A stretch of 63,471 nucleotides of DNA, filler included, from Deltaproteobacteria bacterium (GTDB lineage Bacteria; JACQOV01), in NCBI GenBank assembly GCA_016202395.1. It is 5 parts of 5 records of this genome, joined end to end, with 100 filler letters (N's around TTAATTAATTAA, not from the genome) between each part and the next. Parts side by side here need not be neighbours in the genome. Positions count along the whole stretch, not along the records: positions 25,931 to 54,987 come from JACQOV010000103.1; 4 more parts are not named here. One strand, given 5' to 3'. The translations under genes were made by a program, and so were the position numbers. The notes beneath the pieces were generated by a model that saw only the letters and a list, made by a program, of their open reading frames with translations, did not search any database and was not told the DNA's origin. Positions 28,603 through 37,860 of this stretch are shown one piece after another (position 1 is the stretch's first letter; each line of letters opens with the position of its first letter).

Positions 28603-30079
28603 ATCCCACCAGATTCTTTTCTTCAACACGCTCGCCTTCACCGTCTGCTTTGCGGTGTGGATGCTCAATGGCGTTTTGGTCACCTTTCTTGTAGAAAACC
28701 AGCTCTACAAATGGTCCATGGTGGAAATTGCCTGGCTCATGGCAATTCCACCCTTAAGCGGCTCCATCTTTCGTCTTCATACAGGGATATGGACTGATAA
28801 ATACGGCGGCAAGGTAACATTCAGCGCTCTGCTTTTTTTCTGTGCCCTTCCGATGTACCTGCTTAGTTATGCCGATAGTTTTCTTGCGTTCGCCTTTTGC
28901 AGTTTTGGTTTCGGGCTGGCGGGGCAAGGATTCTCCATAGGCATTGCCTATACCTCCGTCTGGTACCCCAAATCATGGCAGGGAAGAGCGCTGGGGATCT
29001 TCGGGGTGGGCAATGCCGGCGCAGCCGTCACCACAATGCTGGCTCCCTCTTTGCTGAAACATTTAACCGACAACGGAGCCGATCTAGAAGGATGGCGCTA
29101 CCTGCCCCAAATCTACGCAGTAGCGTTAGTTCTGATGGGGATTCTTTTTCTTCTCTTCACGGTTAATAAAAAATCAAAAGCGGCCGCAGGAAAAACATTC
29201 GTTCAGATGCTCGCCCCGCTGAAGGAAGTGCGGGTATGGCGCTTTGGCTTGTATTATTATCTGGTCTTCGGATGTTTTGTCGCGCTGGCTCAATGGCTGG
29301 TCCCTTATTTCCTGAATATGTATGCCGTCTCATTAATCACTGCCGGCATGTTCGCATCCATATTCAGTTTGCCGGCGGGGCTCCTGCGAGCGCTGGGCGG
29401 ATGGCTGTCGGATAAGCTCGGGGCCAGAACCGTGATGTACTGGGTGCTCGGTTTATCCGTCGTTTTCTGTCTGATGCTCGTCGTCCCGAAAATGGAAATT
29501 GATTCTCCGGGCAAGGGGATCATGGCAAAAAGGGCAGGCACGGCAACGGTTGTCTCCGATAGTTTGATAAAAATAGATGACATGAGTTACCCCCTGGTTG
29601 GAAAACCGGCGGAGGCCGCTTCAGAGGACCGGTCATTCTCTGTTTTCCCAAGTAAAAAAATCTGGCAGGTGCCGACGGTAAAGGAAGGGGACAAGGTGGC
29701 AAGGAAACAACTCATAGCCCAAGGAACGACTCATATCTACTTTCAGGCGAATATCTGGATCGCAGCCGCTCTGGTTTTTATCATCGGCGCTTTGTGGGGA
29801 ATCGGCAAGGCAGCCGTGTACAGACACATCCCGGATTATTTCCCAAACGACGTGGGGGCTGTGGGCGGCATGGTGGGATTGCTGGGAGGGCTCGGCGGAT
29901 TCGTTTCTCCTATCATTTTTGGTTATCTATTGAAATGGACTGGCTTGTGGACGAGCATGTGGATATTTCTCTTCTTCATCTCCGCAATTTGTCTGTGGTG
30001 GATGCATGTTACCATCACAAAGATGAGAGACAAAGCGGCCCCGCAAACAAAAGGAAAATTCGAATCGCAAAACGCCTAA
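28580..30079 (+). CDS. narK: NarK-family nitrate/nitrite transporter (first copy)
   Basis: QGRALGIFGVGNAG, LRALGGWLSDKLG, GGMVGLLGGLGGF. Confidence 0.9.
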   Translation: MEQNVTGKSHQILFFNTLAFTVCFAVWMLNGVLVTFLVENQLYKWSMVEIAWLMAIPPLSGSIFRLHTGIWTDKYGGKVTFSALLFFCALPMYLLSYADSFLAFAFCSFGFGLAGQGFSIGIAYTSVWYPKSWQGRALGIFGVGNAGAAVTTMLAPSLLKHLTDNGADLEGWRYLPQIYAVALVLMGILFLLFTVNKKSKAAAGKTFVQMLAPLKEVRVWRFGLYYYLVFGCFVALAQWLVPYFLNMYAVSLITAGMFASIFSLPAGLLRALGGWLSDKLGARTVMYWVLGLSVVFCLMLVVPKMEIDSPGKGIMAKRAGTATVVSDSLIKIDDMSYPLVGKPAEAASEDRSFSVFPSKKIWQVPTVKEGDKVARKQLIAQGTTHIYFQANIWIAAALVFIIGALWGIGKAAVYRHIPDYFPNDVGAVGGMVGLLGGLGGFVSPIIFGYLLKWTGLWTSMWIFLFFISAICLWWMHVTITKMRDKAAPQTKGKFESQNA

Positions 30080-30102
30080 AAAATCTTGGATGAGAGGCAA
30101 TC

Positions 30103-31437
30103 ATGTCAACGTGGCTGAAAGTTTGGGAACCGGAAAACCCGGAGTTCTGGAAAAAGACCGGAAGCCGAATCGCCTGGAGCACCCTAACCCTCACTACCGT
30201 TAGCCTCATTCTCTCGTTTGCCACTTGGTTCGTGATGAGCGTGTTGGTGGTCCGCTTGCCGGCGGTTGGCTTTAAGTTCGACACGATGCAACTGTTCTGG
30301 CTCGCCGCGATGCCTGGGCTGGCCGGTGGCACTCTGCGGGTCATTCACAGTTTTTTGATCCCCATCTTTGGAACCCGTCTGGTGATCGGGGTCGCCACTC
30401 TGCTCAAGCTCATTCCGTGCATCGGGCTAGGCTTGGCGGTGCTCAACCCCCAGACCCCCTTTTGGATGTTCATGCTGCTGGCGCTCTTGGCCGGCATGGG
30501 AGGGGGCGATTTCTCCTCGTACATGCCAAGCACTAGCCTTTTTTTCCCCAAGCGTTTGCAGGGAGCGGCATTGGGCATTCAGGCGGGAGTCGGAAATTTC
30601 GGCGTGAGCTTGGCGCAGTTCGTGAGTCCCTGGATCATCGGCTTTGCCCTCTTTGGGACGATCGCTGGAGGCTCCCAGGTCTTCAAGAAGGGTGAGGTCA
30701 TCAAAGACATCTGGTTGCAGAATGCGGTTTTCTGGTACGTGCCTCTGCTGCTTGTTCTCGGCATCGCGTGCCTTATCTGGCTTCGGAGCATCCCAGTCAA
30801 AGCGTCGTTCCGCGAGCAACTCGATATCTTCAAAAGCAAACACACCTGGTTTTGTACCATCACCTATGTCATGACCTTCGGATCGTTCTCGGGGTTTGCG
30901 GCGGCCTTCCCTCTCATGATCAAGACGATCTACGGAATCTTTCCAGACGCCCCCGACCCGTTGAAGTACGCCTTTCTTGGGCCGCTCATCGGCTCCGCTA
31001 CCCGAGTGAGCTTTGGGTTCGTCTCGGACAAGACCGGAGGGGCCATCCTCACTCACATCGCTGGCTTGGCGATGATCGGTCTGTGTGGAGCGATGGTGTT
31101 CCTAGGGCTATTGACCCCGACCTCGATCGAGTCGTTCCCCCTCTTCGTCGGTTGCATGCTGGGGATATTCTTCTTCGCGGGCATCGGCAACGCCTCGACC
31201 TTCCGGCAGTATCCGATCATCTTCTCGCACTCGCCGCGTCAGGGCGCGCAGGTGTTGGGCTGGACGGGCGCAGTTGCGGCATACGGGCCATTCGTCTTCT
31301 CGACGCTGATAGGGAGCTCCATTACGAAGACTGGATCGGCCATTCCGTTCTTTATCGGAGCGGCAATCTTCTACCTCATCGCGGTGGCAATCAATTGGTG
31401 GTTTTACACTCGCAAGGGCTGTGAAAAACCTTGTTGA
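30103..31437 (+). CDS. narK: NarK-family nitrate/nitrite transporter (NarK2-like)
   Basis: W.PENPEFW, FFPKRLQGAALGIQAGVGNFG, TFGSFSGF, GIGNASTFRQ. Confidence 0.92.
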   Translation: MSTWLKVWEPENPEFWKKTGSRIAWSTLTLTTVSLILSFATWFVMSVLVVRLPAVGFKFDTMQLFWLAAMPGLAGGTLRVIHSFLIPIFGTRLVIGVATLLKLIPCIGLGLAVLNPQTPFWMFMLLALLAGMGGGDFSSYMPSTSLFFPKRLQGAALGIQAGVGNFGVSLAQFVSPWIIGFALFGTIAGGSQVFKKGEVIKDIWLQNAVFWYVPLLLVLGIACLIWLRSIPVKASFREQLDIFKSKHTWFCTITYVMTFGSFSGFAAAFPLMIKTIYGIFPDAPDPLKYAFLGPLIGSATRVSFGFVSDKTGGAILTHIAGLAMIGLCGAMVFLGLLTPTSIESFPLFVGCMLGIFFFAGIGNASTFRQYPIIFSHSPRQGAQVLGWTGAVAAYGPFVFSTLIGSSITKTGSAIPFFIGAAIFYLIAVAINWWFYTRKGCEKPC

Positions 31438-31488
31438 ATGGGACCAGAAAACGCGTTGTTTTTTGGATCCCTTTGGAGGTCAAAAAAA

Positions 31489-32763
31489 ATGAGTAACGAA
31501 AACAGCAAATTTTATCCAGGGCTCCTATTCCTAAGTTGGCTAGCGATTTTTACATGGAGCCCTTCCCTAACTTTTGGGGAAGACAATTCCTCGTCGCTGA
31601 ATTTCGGAGGAGAGATCCGACTGCGATTGGAAACACTCGCAGAGTTTGATGCCTTCACTCCCACTCGGAATGACAAGGCCAATGAGACATTCGCTCTCAT
31701 GCGAGTCCGAGCCTATTTGGATGCCAAACCGATTGAAGGGCTTGGGATTTTTCTCCAACCGCAATTCTCGCGGGAATGGGCTCAAGAGCAATCCACGGTT
31801 GCTAACACGAATAATGTCGATGATCTAGATCTCCATCAAGGCTATGTGGATCTAAAGGGGATTGGAAGCCCCTCGCTCTCGCTTCGGTTGGGACGTCAAG
31901 AACTCGCTTACGGAGATGAACGATTGATTGGGACCTTCGGTTGGTCCAATGTGGGGCGATCTTTTGACGCGGCGAAGGCTCGATGGAATTGGGATCATGC
32001 CTGGCTGGATGGTTTTCTAAGTTGGATCCAAAGCGCTCCCGATAACCAATTTTTAAGCGGTCTTTATGGCCATTGGGACAAGGATGAGAAAACAGATTAC
32101 GAGGCCTATCTTCTCTCTCTCAACGACAAAAATAGTGGCGTTGGAGGGGGGGATCTCAATCTTTACACGATCGGTGGACACCTCGAAAGAAAGTTCGGCC
32201 CATGGGATTACGATTCTGAAGTAGCCCTTCAACTGGGGGAGTCAGGGACAAAAGACGTTTTTGCCTATGCAGCCCATCTCGACGGAGGATACACGATCGA
32301 TCGCGAATGGCAGCCTCGTTTGGGGTTAGAGTACAACGTCGCCTCCGGAGATGACTCTCCCAACTCCGGCAATGTGGGAACGTTTAATAATCTTTCTCCT
32401 ACGAACCACGACAAATATGGTTACATGGATCTGGTCGGCTGGCGCAACATCCACAACGGTCGCGCCTCGATTCAACTAAAACCGACCCCTTCTGTAACCA
32501 CCTCGCTCGATTACCACATCTTCTTCCTTATGGAGCCAGCCGACGGCCTCTACCAAGCCAGTGGCGCGCAACTCCGCGCGGGATCGGCTGACGCTTCTCG
32601 CTACACGGGACAAGAGATCGACACCCTCCTCAAATACAAGTGGAACAAGTGGGCCCATTGTTTGTTCGGCTATTCCTTTTTTAAGGCGGGAGATTTTCTA
32701 GAAGACACCGGTGATGCCAAAGACGCTCACTTTCTGTACGCCCAAATCACCGCGAGTTATTGA
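31489..32763 (+). CDS. Alginate-export-family outer-membrane beta-barrel
   Basis: GGEIRLRLE, DLHQGY, RLGRQELAYGDERLIG..GW.N.GRSFD, PTNHDKYGYMD; start uncertain (31438 or 31489). Confidence 0.85.
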   Translation: MSNENSKFYPGLLFLSWLAIFTWSPSLTFGEDNSSSLNFGGEIRLRLETLAEFDAFTPTRNDKANETFALMRVRAYLDAKPIEGLGIFLQPQFSREWAQEQSTVANTNNVDDLDLHQGYVDLKGIGSPSLSLRLGRQELAYGDERLIGTFGWSNVGRSFDAAKARWNWDHAWLDGFLSWIQSAPDNQFLSGLYGHWDKDEKTDYEAYLLSLNDKNSGVGGGDLNLYTIGGHLERKFGPWDYDSEVALQLGESGTKDVFAYAAHLDGGYTIDREWQPRLGLEYNVASGDDSPNSGNVGTFNNLSPTNHDKYGYMDLVGWRNIHNGRASIQLKPTPSVTTSLDYHIFFLMEPADGLYQASGAQLRAGSADASRYTGQEIDTLLKYKWNKWAHCLFGYSFFKAGDFLEDTGDAKDAHFLYAQITASY

Positions 32764-33191
32764 TCCGTTGAAAGGACAGGCAACCCAAAGTCTCGCGCGC
32801 AAAAGGCCTGATCTCGATCCAGTGTAACAAAACCGGCTAATCCTTGGTTTTCATGGAACCATCTCGCGGTTCTTAAATGAACGAGATCGCTCGATTTAGG
32901 AATTCGCACCGGGGGGAAAATCCCCGTCAAGCAGATATCTAAAGACAATTCCTTGAGCAAAAAATGTTCGCCATCCTTCTCCAAACAATCCATAGCTCTC
33001 CTATACTCTTCATCGGAAAGAATCTTTTCACGACTGAAACGGACCAGATTCCGTTCCGCTTCTATCACCAATAATACGCTGGAACATAGAGATTTTTTAT
33101 TAAGAAAATCGTAAAAGGCGTTTCTTCGGGGATCCATGAGCAAAACGGCAAGGTAAGCGGAGGTATCCAAATAAACTAAATCGGTCGTCAC
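32757..33191 (-). CDS. PIN-domain toxin
   Basis: VYLDTSAYL, DLVHLRTA, FVTLD..Q; GTG start overlaps the antitoxin stop. Confidence 0.85.
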   Translation of the reverse strand: MTTDLVYLDTSAYLAVLLMDPRRNAFYDFLNKKSLCSSVLLVIEAERNLVRFSREKILSDEEYRRAMDCLEKDGEHFLLKELSLDICLTGIFPPVRIPKSSDLVHLRTARWFHENQGLAGFVTLDRDQAFCARDFGLPVLSTDQ

Positions 33192-33430
33192 GGGTCCTCT
33201 CGATCCTCTAGAAGATATCGAAGCCAATCTCCCTGGATCGGCTTTTTCAAGGCGGGCTTAAAATGACCGCGTCCCACGAGACGTCCCCGATGAAGTCCAA
33301 CATCACGGCCAGGAACCAAAGCCACATAAGGTCGATTGTATTTTGTAACATGGACGACGTTCCCTTTGGCCGCCTCCTCTGCCCAATGGGAGAGATTCTC
33401 TTTAAGGTCTTTTAAGGGCACACTTGGCAT
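33188..33430 (-). CDS. Phd/YefM family antitoxin
   Basis: LKDLKENLSHW...GNVVHVTKYNRPYVAL. Confidence 0.85.
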   Translation of the reverse strand: MPSVPLKDLKENLSHWAEEAAKGNVVHVTKYNRPYVALVPGRDVGLHRGRLVGRGHFKPALKKPIQGDWLRYLLEDREDP

Positions 33431-33436
33431 GCATAA

Positions 33437-33465
33437 AAAGTACACCTTTATGTCTTATTTGTCAA
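33437..33465 (-). promoter_or_regulatory. Sigma70 promoter of the TA operon
   Basis: TTGACA-N17-TACTTT, ATG 6 nt downstream. Confidence 0.65.
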
Positions 33466-33468
33466 ATG

Positions 33469-33506
33469 CGGGATCGTTCTACTGCAAGCTACTGAGGTTG
33501 GAGTGA
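33469..33506. repeat. 38-bp direct repeat, left (att-like)
   Basis: Identical to 41369-41406. Confidence 0.95.
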
Positions 33507-33569
33507 TGAGGTTTTTTCTTAAAATCGTGAAATCTTAATCAATAAAGCCCACCGACAAACCATTGAGGC

Positions 33570-33585
33570 GTTTTTAGAGGTGCCC
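33570..33585. mobile_element. Solo IS/MITE terminal inverted repeat
   Basis: GTTTTTAGAGGTGCCC is identical to the MITE end at 55252-55267. Confidence 0.65.
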
Positions 33586-33676
33586 CATAGATATACCCCG
33601 CCGTTAAGGCATCAGGAGTTTGTCGAGAAACTCCGAAAAATGACCGATGAAAAACTGCAACCGCCATCAGTGCCTC

Positions 33677-36451
33677 TCACTGCGTCTTCACATACCTGTA
33701 AATCGCATTGATTTCCTCATCCGATAAATTCTGGTCCGGCATCGGTATATGATATTCATTAAAAAGGGCCACGGCCTCTTTGTCTCCTTTCTTCACCATG
33801 GCCTGGGATGATTTGATCCATTGGATGAGCCATTCCTTAGAACGCTTGGAAGTCACACCTTTCAGATCAGGACCCACCAGTTTTCCCTTGCCGATGGTAT
33901 GACAAGCCGTGCAGTTTTTCTGGAAAAGAGCGGCACCGTCGATTGCCGACTCTGTGCCTAAGGTCGGCTTTTTGCTCTCAACTGTTTCTTTGACAAAGGT
34001 TGTTTTGGGCGGCTCTTTAATTTCACCGACAAAAGCAGCAAGGGCTAACACCGCCGTTTGCACGGCCTTGTCATGTTCTTCAGGTGTCAAAGCACGTCCA
34101 TCGGCAACATGGAGACCTTTACGCAGGTTCGTACGGATAGATTCCCAAGTAGGGGTATTGTAGTATTGGTGGCACGCCACACAAGAACCCTCACGTTCCA
34201 CTTTATTCCGCTCCTGCTCGTTCAGAGGACGGTCTGCCAAAAGGGGAAGATTTTGCGTCTGTCGGCCGCTACGGGTTACCAGCTGATCCCAGGCATAGGG
34301 AAAATCCTTAATTCCCGGGATCTGTGGTTTGGCTTTTTTGGACGACAGGATATCGGCATTTATGTCAAAACCCATATTCCCAAAATGCGGTTTATCCCCG
34401 TCAATTATGGAAGAAGAACGGCTCACCCCGACACCGTATCCAATGGCCTTGGGATCCGTATGACAGCTTTCACAGGTACGGGCCACGGCGGTATTGGCAT
34501 GGGGCTGAAGCGGCGCCAGAGTGGGGGCATTATAACCATCGGAGGTCTTGTAGACTTTGTTGACCTCTTTCAGGACGCCATTTTTGTCGACAAAACTCCA
34601 CACGACCTGGCAACCGGGAATGGCCGGGGCCACCTTGCCTTTGTAATTAACGGCAAGAAGCGGATTTTCCCAGCGGATATAACTGACATTCTCGGTATGG
34701 ATATCCCCCGGGGCCGTTGTTTTGACCTGTTTTCCTAAAGCATTGTGTTTTTCGGCAGAAAGCGGCCAGTCAATCCCCTCCTTGCGGGCGTCGTATTTGA
34801 TGTGACAACCGTAGCATTGCGGCGCCCAAGTGGAATGGCAGGCATAACACTCGAGTTTATCCATATGCTGAGAAACCACTTCCATGGCGACATGCCCCTG
34901 TTCCGTTTTCCAGCTACTCTCCAGGGCCTTGTTTTTCAGGAGCGGGATCTCACGCTTCTTCCCATCGGAGACATTGGTTAGATAGGCCTTATTTTCTTCT
35001 TTTGTCCATCGCGTGCGTGCGTTTCCTCTTGTGGTGATGAGATATTCGTTTTCTCCCGACCGATAGGTTCCCCTTTCCGTTTTTGTCTCTACAGGCGTTC
35101 CGAAGCCCACCGGCAGTTCCCAAGGGTATTTCTGGGGCGTTCCATGACAATCCGCACAACCGACTTCCACCTGGTAGAAAGTGACGGGGTAGATATTCCC
35201 GTCTCCGTGCACGTCAATGGATGAGTGACAATCGGCACACTGCATGCCGCGTTCGCCGTGGACGTCTTCGCGAACATGGTTGTATTCTTTTGTATATAAA
35301 GGAACCTGGACCTCCCCGTGATCGTCAAACGGCGGCGTTTTACCGGAACCGACATACTGGTGTTCAACAATCCCGGCAAATGTCGTGCCGATGCGTTTCC
35401 CCCGCGTATGACAATGGTTGCACTGTTGGGCCGGTATTTGCTTTGTAATCTCGTGTTTCATCGGATGGGGTGCAACGTCTTTTGGAATAGTGGGGTCATT
35501 GCTTTCTGAAAAGGCATCATTGGTATAAAGTATGTGACAGGCCGCACAGCCGCCAGCGCGATGATCCCCCCGTTTATCGCGCCCCTCGCCCCAGACGTGG
35601 CAACGGCCGCATTGCTTGCGGTGCATGTCGGCAAAACCGGCTTTGGCGGGGTCGCCCCATAGTTTTGTCCCTTCTTCAAGATTGGGGATTCGTTCCGTAT
35701 GATTCATCACCTCGATGAGCTTCTCTTTTAACGCCTTGGCAATCCATTCCTTGTATTCCGGACTCCCTGCGGAAGGGACGGGACCATCCGGATCATCCAT
35801 GTCAAAATTGGCGTATTTCCATTTCCCTTTCGGAATGACGCCATTGGACATCAGGGTTTTGTTGGCTTTGCCCGTTTCCAGAGCCATGAGGGCGCGTTCC
35901 ATGCGATAGACGTGGTTTCTTCCGGAGGCGCCGCTGGGGTCTGTGGCATAACTGACGACCTCCATCAGACTACCGCCTGCAGGATGTTGCTTTTGGGGCT
36001 TCCCCATCAGGCTTTTAATGGCGTTTTTATCACTATGACATTTGGCGCATCCCTTTCCCTCATTCAAGACCCACATGCTGGAGGGATTAGGGTATATATC
36101 TTTGTGCGCTTCAAGTTTGGTGGTTGCATCGGGGATTCCTTCGTGGCAAACGGCGCATTCAAACCCTGATTTTCCCCCCGCCTGTGACAGCAGAAAAGGC
36201 TGCATTTTTTCATTGATCACCTCAATGCCCTGGTGACAGGAAAGACACCCTTTTTCTTTGGCAAGGGAAGGGCTGACAGTCTCATTTTTTCCGGAGGTTG
36301 TTGGTGATGTTTTGGATTCAGAAGCAACTATGGAAGTCTGTTGCGTTTGGGGTTGGATCGACCTGGTTTTATTTTTTTCATCGGAACAACCGCTCACCGC
36401 GACGATCAAATAACATAAGAAGGCGACAATTTCAGCCAATTTTTTGGTCAT
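33677..36451 (-). CDS. Multiheme cytochrome c lipoprotein (13 CxxCH; the last in a C-terminal class I cytochrome c domain)
   Basis: Lipobox VSGC; CLSCH, CAVCH, CAKCH, CGRCH, CAACH, CNHCH, CADCH x2, CYACH, CYGCH, CESCH, CVACH, then GAALFQKNCTACH...VGPDLKGV...PMP. Confidence 0.93.
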   Translation of the reverse strand: MTKKLAEIVAFLCYLIVAVSGCSDEKNKTRSIQPQTQQTSIVASESKTSPTTSGKNETVSPSLAKEKGCLSCHQGIEVINEKMQPFLLSQAGGKSGFECAVCHEGIPDATTKLEAHKDIYPNPSSMWVLNEGKGCAKCHSDKNAIKSLMGKPQKQHPAGGSLMEVVSYATDPSGASGRNHVYRMERALMALETGKANKTLMSNGVIPKGKWKYANFDMDDPDGPVPSAGSPEYKEWIAKALKEKLIEVMNHTERIPNLEEGTKLWGDPAKAGFADMHRKQCGRCHVWGEGRDKRGDHRAGGCAACHILYTNDAFSESNDPTIPKDVAPHPMKHEITKQIPAQQCNHCHTRGKRIGTTFAGIVEHQYVGSGKTPPFDDHGEVQVPLYTKEYNHVREDVHGERGMQCADCHSSIDVHGDGNIYPVTFYQVEVGCADCHGTPQKYPWELPVGFGTPVETKTERGTYRSGENEYLITTRGNARTRWTKEENKAYLTNVSDGKKREIPLLKNKALESSWKTEQGHVAMEVVSQHMDKLECYACHSTWAPQCYGCHIKYDARKEGIDWPLSAEKHNALGKQVKTTAPGDIHTENVSYIRWENPLLAVNYKGKVAPAIPGCQVVWSFVDKNGVLKEVNKVYKTSDGYNAPTLAPLQPHANTAVARTCESCHTDPKAIGYGVGVSRSSSIIDGDKPHFGNMGFDINADILSSKKAKPQIPGIKDFPYAWDQLVTRSGRQTQNLPLLADRPLNEQERNKVEREGSCVACHQYYNTPTWESIRTNLRKGLHVADGRALTPEEHDKAVQTAVLALAAFVGEIKEPPKTTFVKETVESKKPTLGTESAIDGAALFQKNCTACHTIGKGKLVGPDLKGVTSKRSKEWLIQWIKSSQAMVKKGDKEAVALFNEYHIPMPDQNLSDEEINAIYRYVKTQ

Positions 36452-36463
36452 ACCGCCATTTCC

Positions 36464-37672
36464 TCAAAACTTGACATTTAAATCAACCCGCGACCGTACC
36501 TGTTGATTCCCTCCGGGGGCGCTGTCCAATTCGTCAATTAAACCCCAAGCATGAAGATCGACATTTTTGTAAACGGCCAAGGCAATCCCCAAGAGATGCC
36601 CTTTGAAATTTGTTTGTCGTAAAAAATCATCCTGGGAAAAGGGTGAAAAAACGGCATCCTGCTGGACCCGTTGGTATTGATAATAGGCCCGCCAATCCCA
36701 CTGTTTCTTCAACTGCCCATAAGCGATCCCAAAGGCATAACCATCGTTTCGTGCAGCGTTTGCGCCAAAATTGTGGAGGTATTGGGCTTGAAAGGCAAGG
36801 GGCATGGGGAGACCCGTGTAGGCTGCATCCATGAAAGAGTCTAAAATTCTAAAACCAGAAACAAAACTGTCAGCAGTGCCGTCCCCATCGTTATCCATAG
36901 CTGTATTTCCACCATTGTCGTTGCGGACAATCGCATCGGCACCGGGGGCTCCAGCATTGACGTTGGAATAATAATAAAAACCTGTAGCGGCCGTTAGCTC
37001 CAATTTGCTGGCAAACTGAAATGTGGTTGCCACTTGCGAACCATTCATCCATGCTTCACTCCCTGGATCCTGCTCAAGGAGAATATAACTTCCATTGACA
37101 ACATTTAACTTTTTTACGATTCCAAGATCCCTAAAGGTAAAACCAACGGCACCCCCCTCCGGTTGCACATCCTGGTCCCAGACGAGTTCAGGATAAACGA
37201 CAGGTGTAGCAAAGGGATGACCAAATTTCCCCAACCACAACGTCATTTCTTCAAAAAAAGAGGGAATCCATCTTACGAAAGCCCGATCGAGGGAAAAGTT
37301 TGGTCTATCGAAAGCGCCGGTAAAGGTGGCATGGGGGGAGTTGGGATCGGCAAGGGGCCCCGTGGCAAAACGCGCGCCGACTGTTACGTCGTCATTGACG
37401 GGAAAATCAAGACCCAAACGGAAACGAATTCGCCCACGGGTTCTGGTATCGGTTGTCGCATCGCGATTAAAATCGTTCTCAAGACGCCCGCGAAAGTCGC
37501 CTGAGATGCTAAGTTTACCTTTGATGTCTTCTACCGTTTTTAAAATCGATGAATCCTTTTTTGTTTCACCGTCCGGCTTTTGATCCGATTCTTTTTCTGC
37601 ATGGACGAATCCCGGATGGAGAAAAAAACAGGCCGTAAAAAACAAAATAAACGCGGCTTTGCCAATTTTCAT
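36464..37672 (-). CDS. Putative outer-membrane porin
   Basis: Signal peptide (VHA-E), SGDFRGRLE, RGRIRFRLG, LVWDQDVQPEG, terminal VDLNVKF. Confidence 0.85.
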   Translation of the reverse strand: MKIGKAAFILFFTACFFLHPGFVHAEKESDQKPDGETKKDSSILKTVEDIKGKLSISGDFRGRLENDFNRDATTDTRTRGRIRFRLGLDFPVNDDVTVGARFATGPLADPNSPHATFTGAFDRPNFSLDRAFVRWIPSFFEEMTLWLGKFGHPFATPVVYPELVWDQDVQPEGGAVGFTFRDLGIVKKLNVVNGSYILLEQDPGSEAWMNGSQVATTFQFASKLELTAATGFYYYSNVNAGAPGADAIVRNDNGGNTAMDNDGDGTADSFVSGFRILDSFMDAAYTGLPMPLAFQAQYLHNFGANAARNDGYAFGIAYGQLKKQWDWRAYYQYQRVQQDAVFSPFSQDDFLRQTNFKGHLLGIALAVYKNVDLHAWGLIDELDSAPGGNQQVRSRVDLNVKF

Positions 37673-37704
37673 AAAAATGCCCTCCCAGGCTTATCCCCTT
37701 CATA

Positions 37705-37720
37705 TGCAAACCAGATGCCA
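37705..37720 (-). promoter_or_regulatory. Sigma54 promoter of the porin-cytochrome operon
   Basis: TGGCATCTGGTTTGCA, 32 bp upstream of the porin ATG (GGGAGG RBS). Confidence 0.85.
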
Positions 37721-37860
37721 ATGTTTGGGAAAAACGATGCGGATAGTTTCTTTTATGAAATCATCCAGTTGGAAGTCCATGCGGAAACGGCGGAAGATTC
37801 CTGACGAATCATGGTGGCAGAAAAACTGCCGGCATGGAACGCTGACCGGCAGGACTTCGA

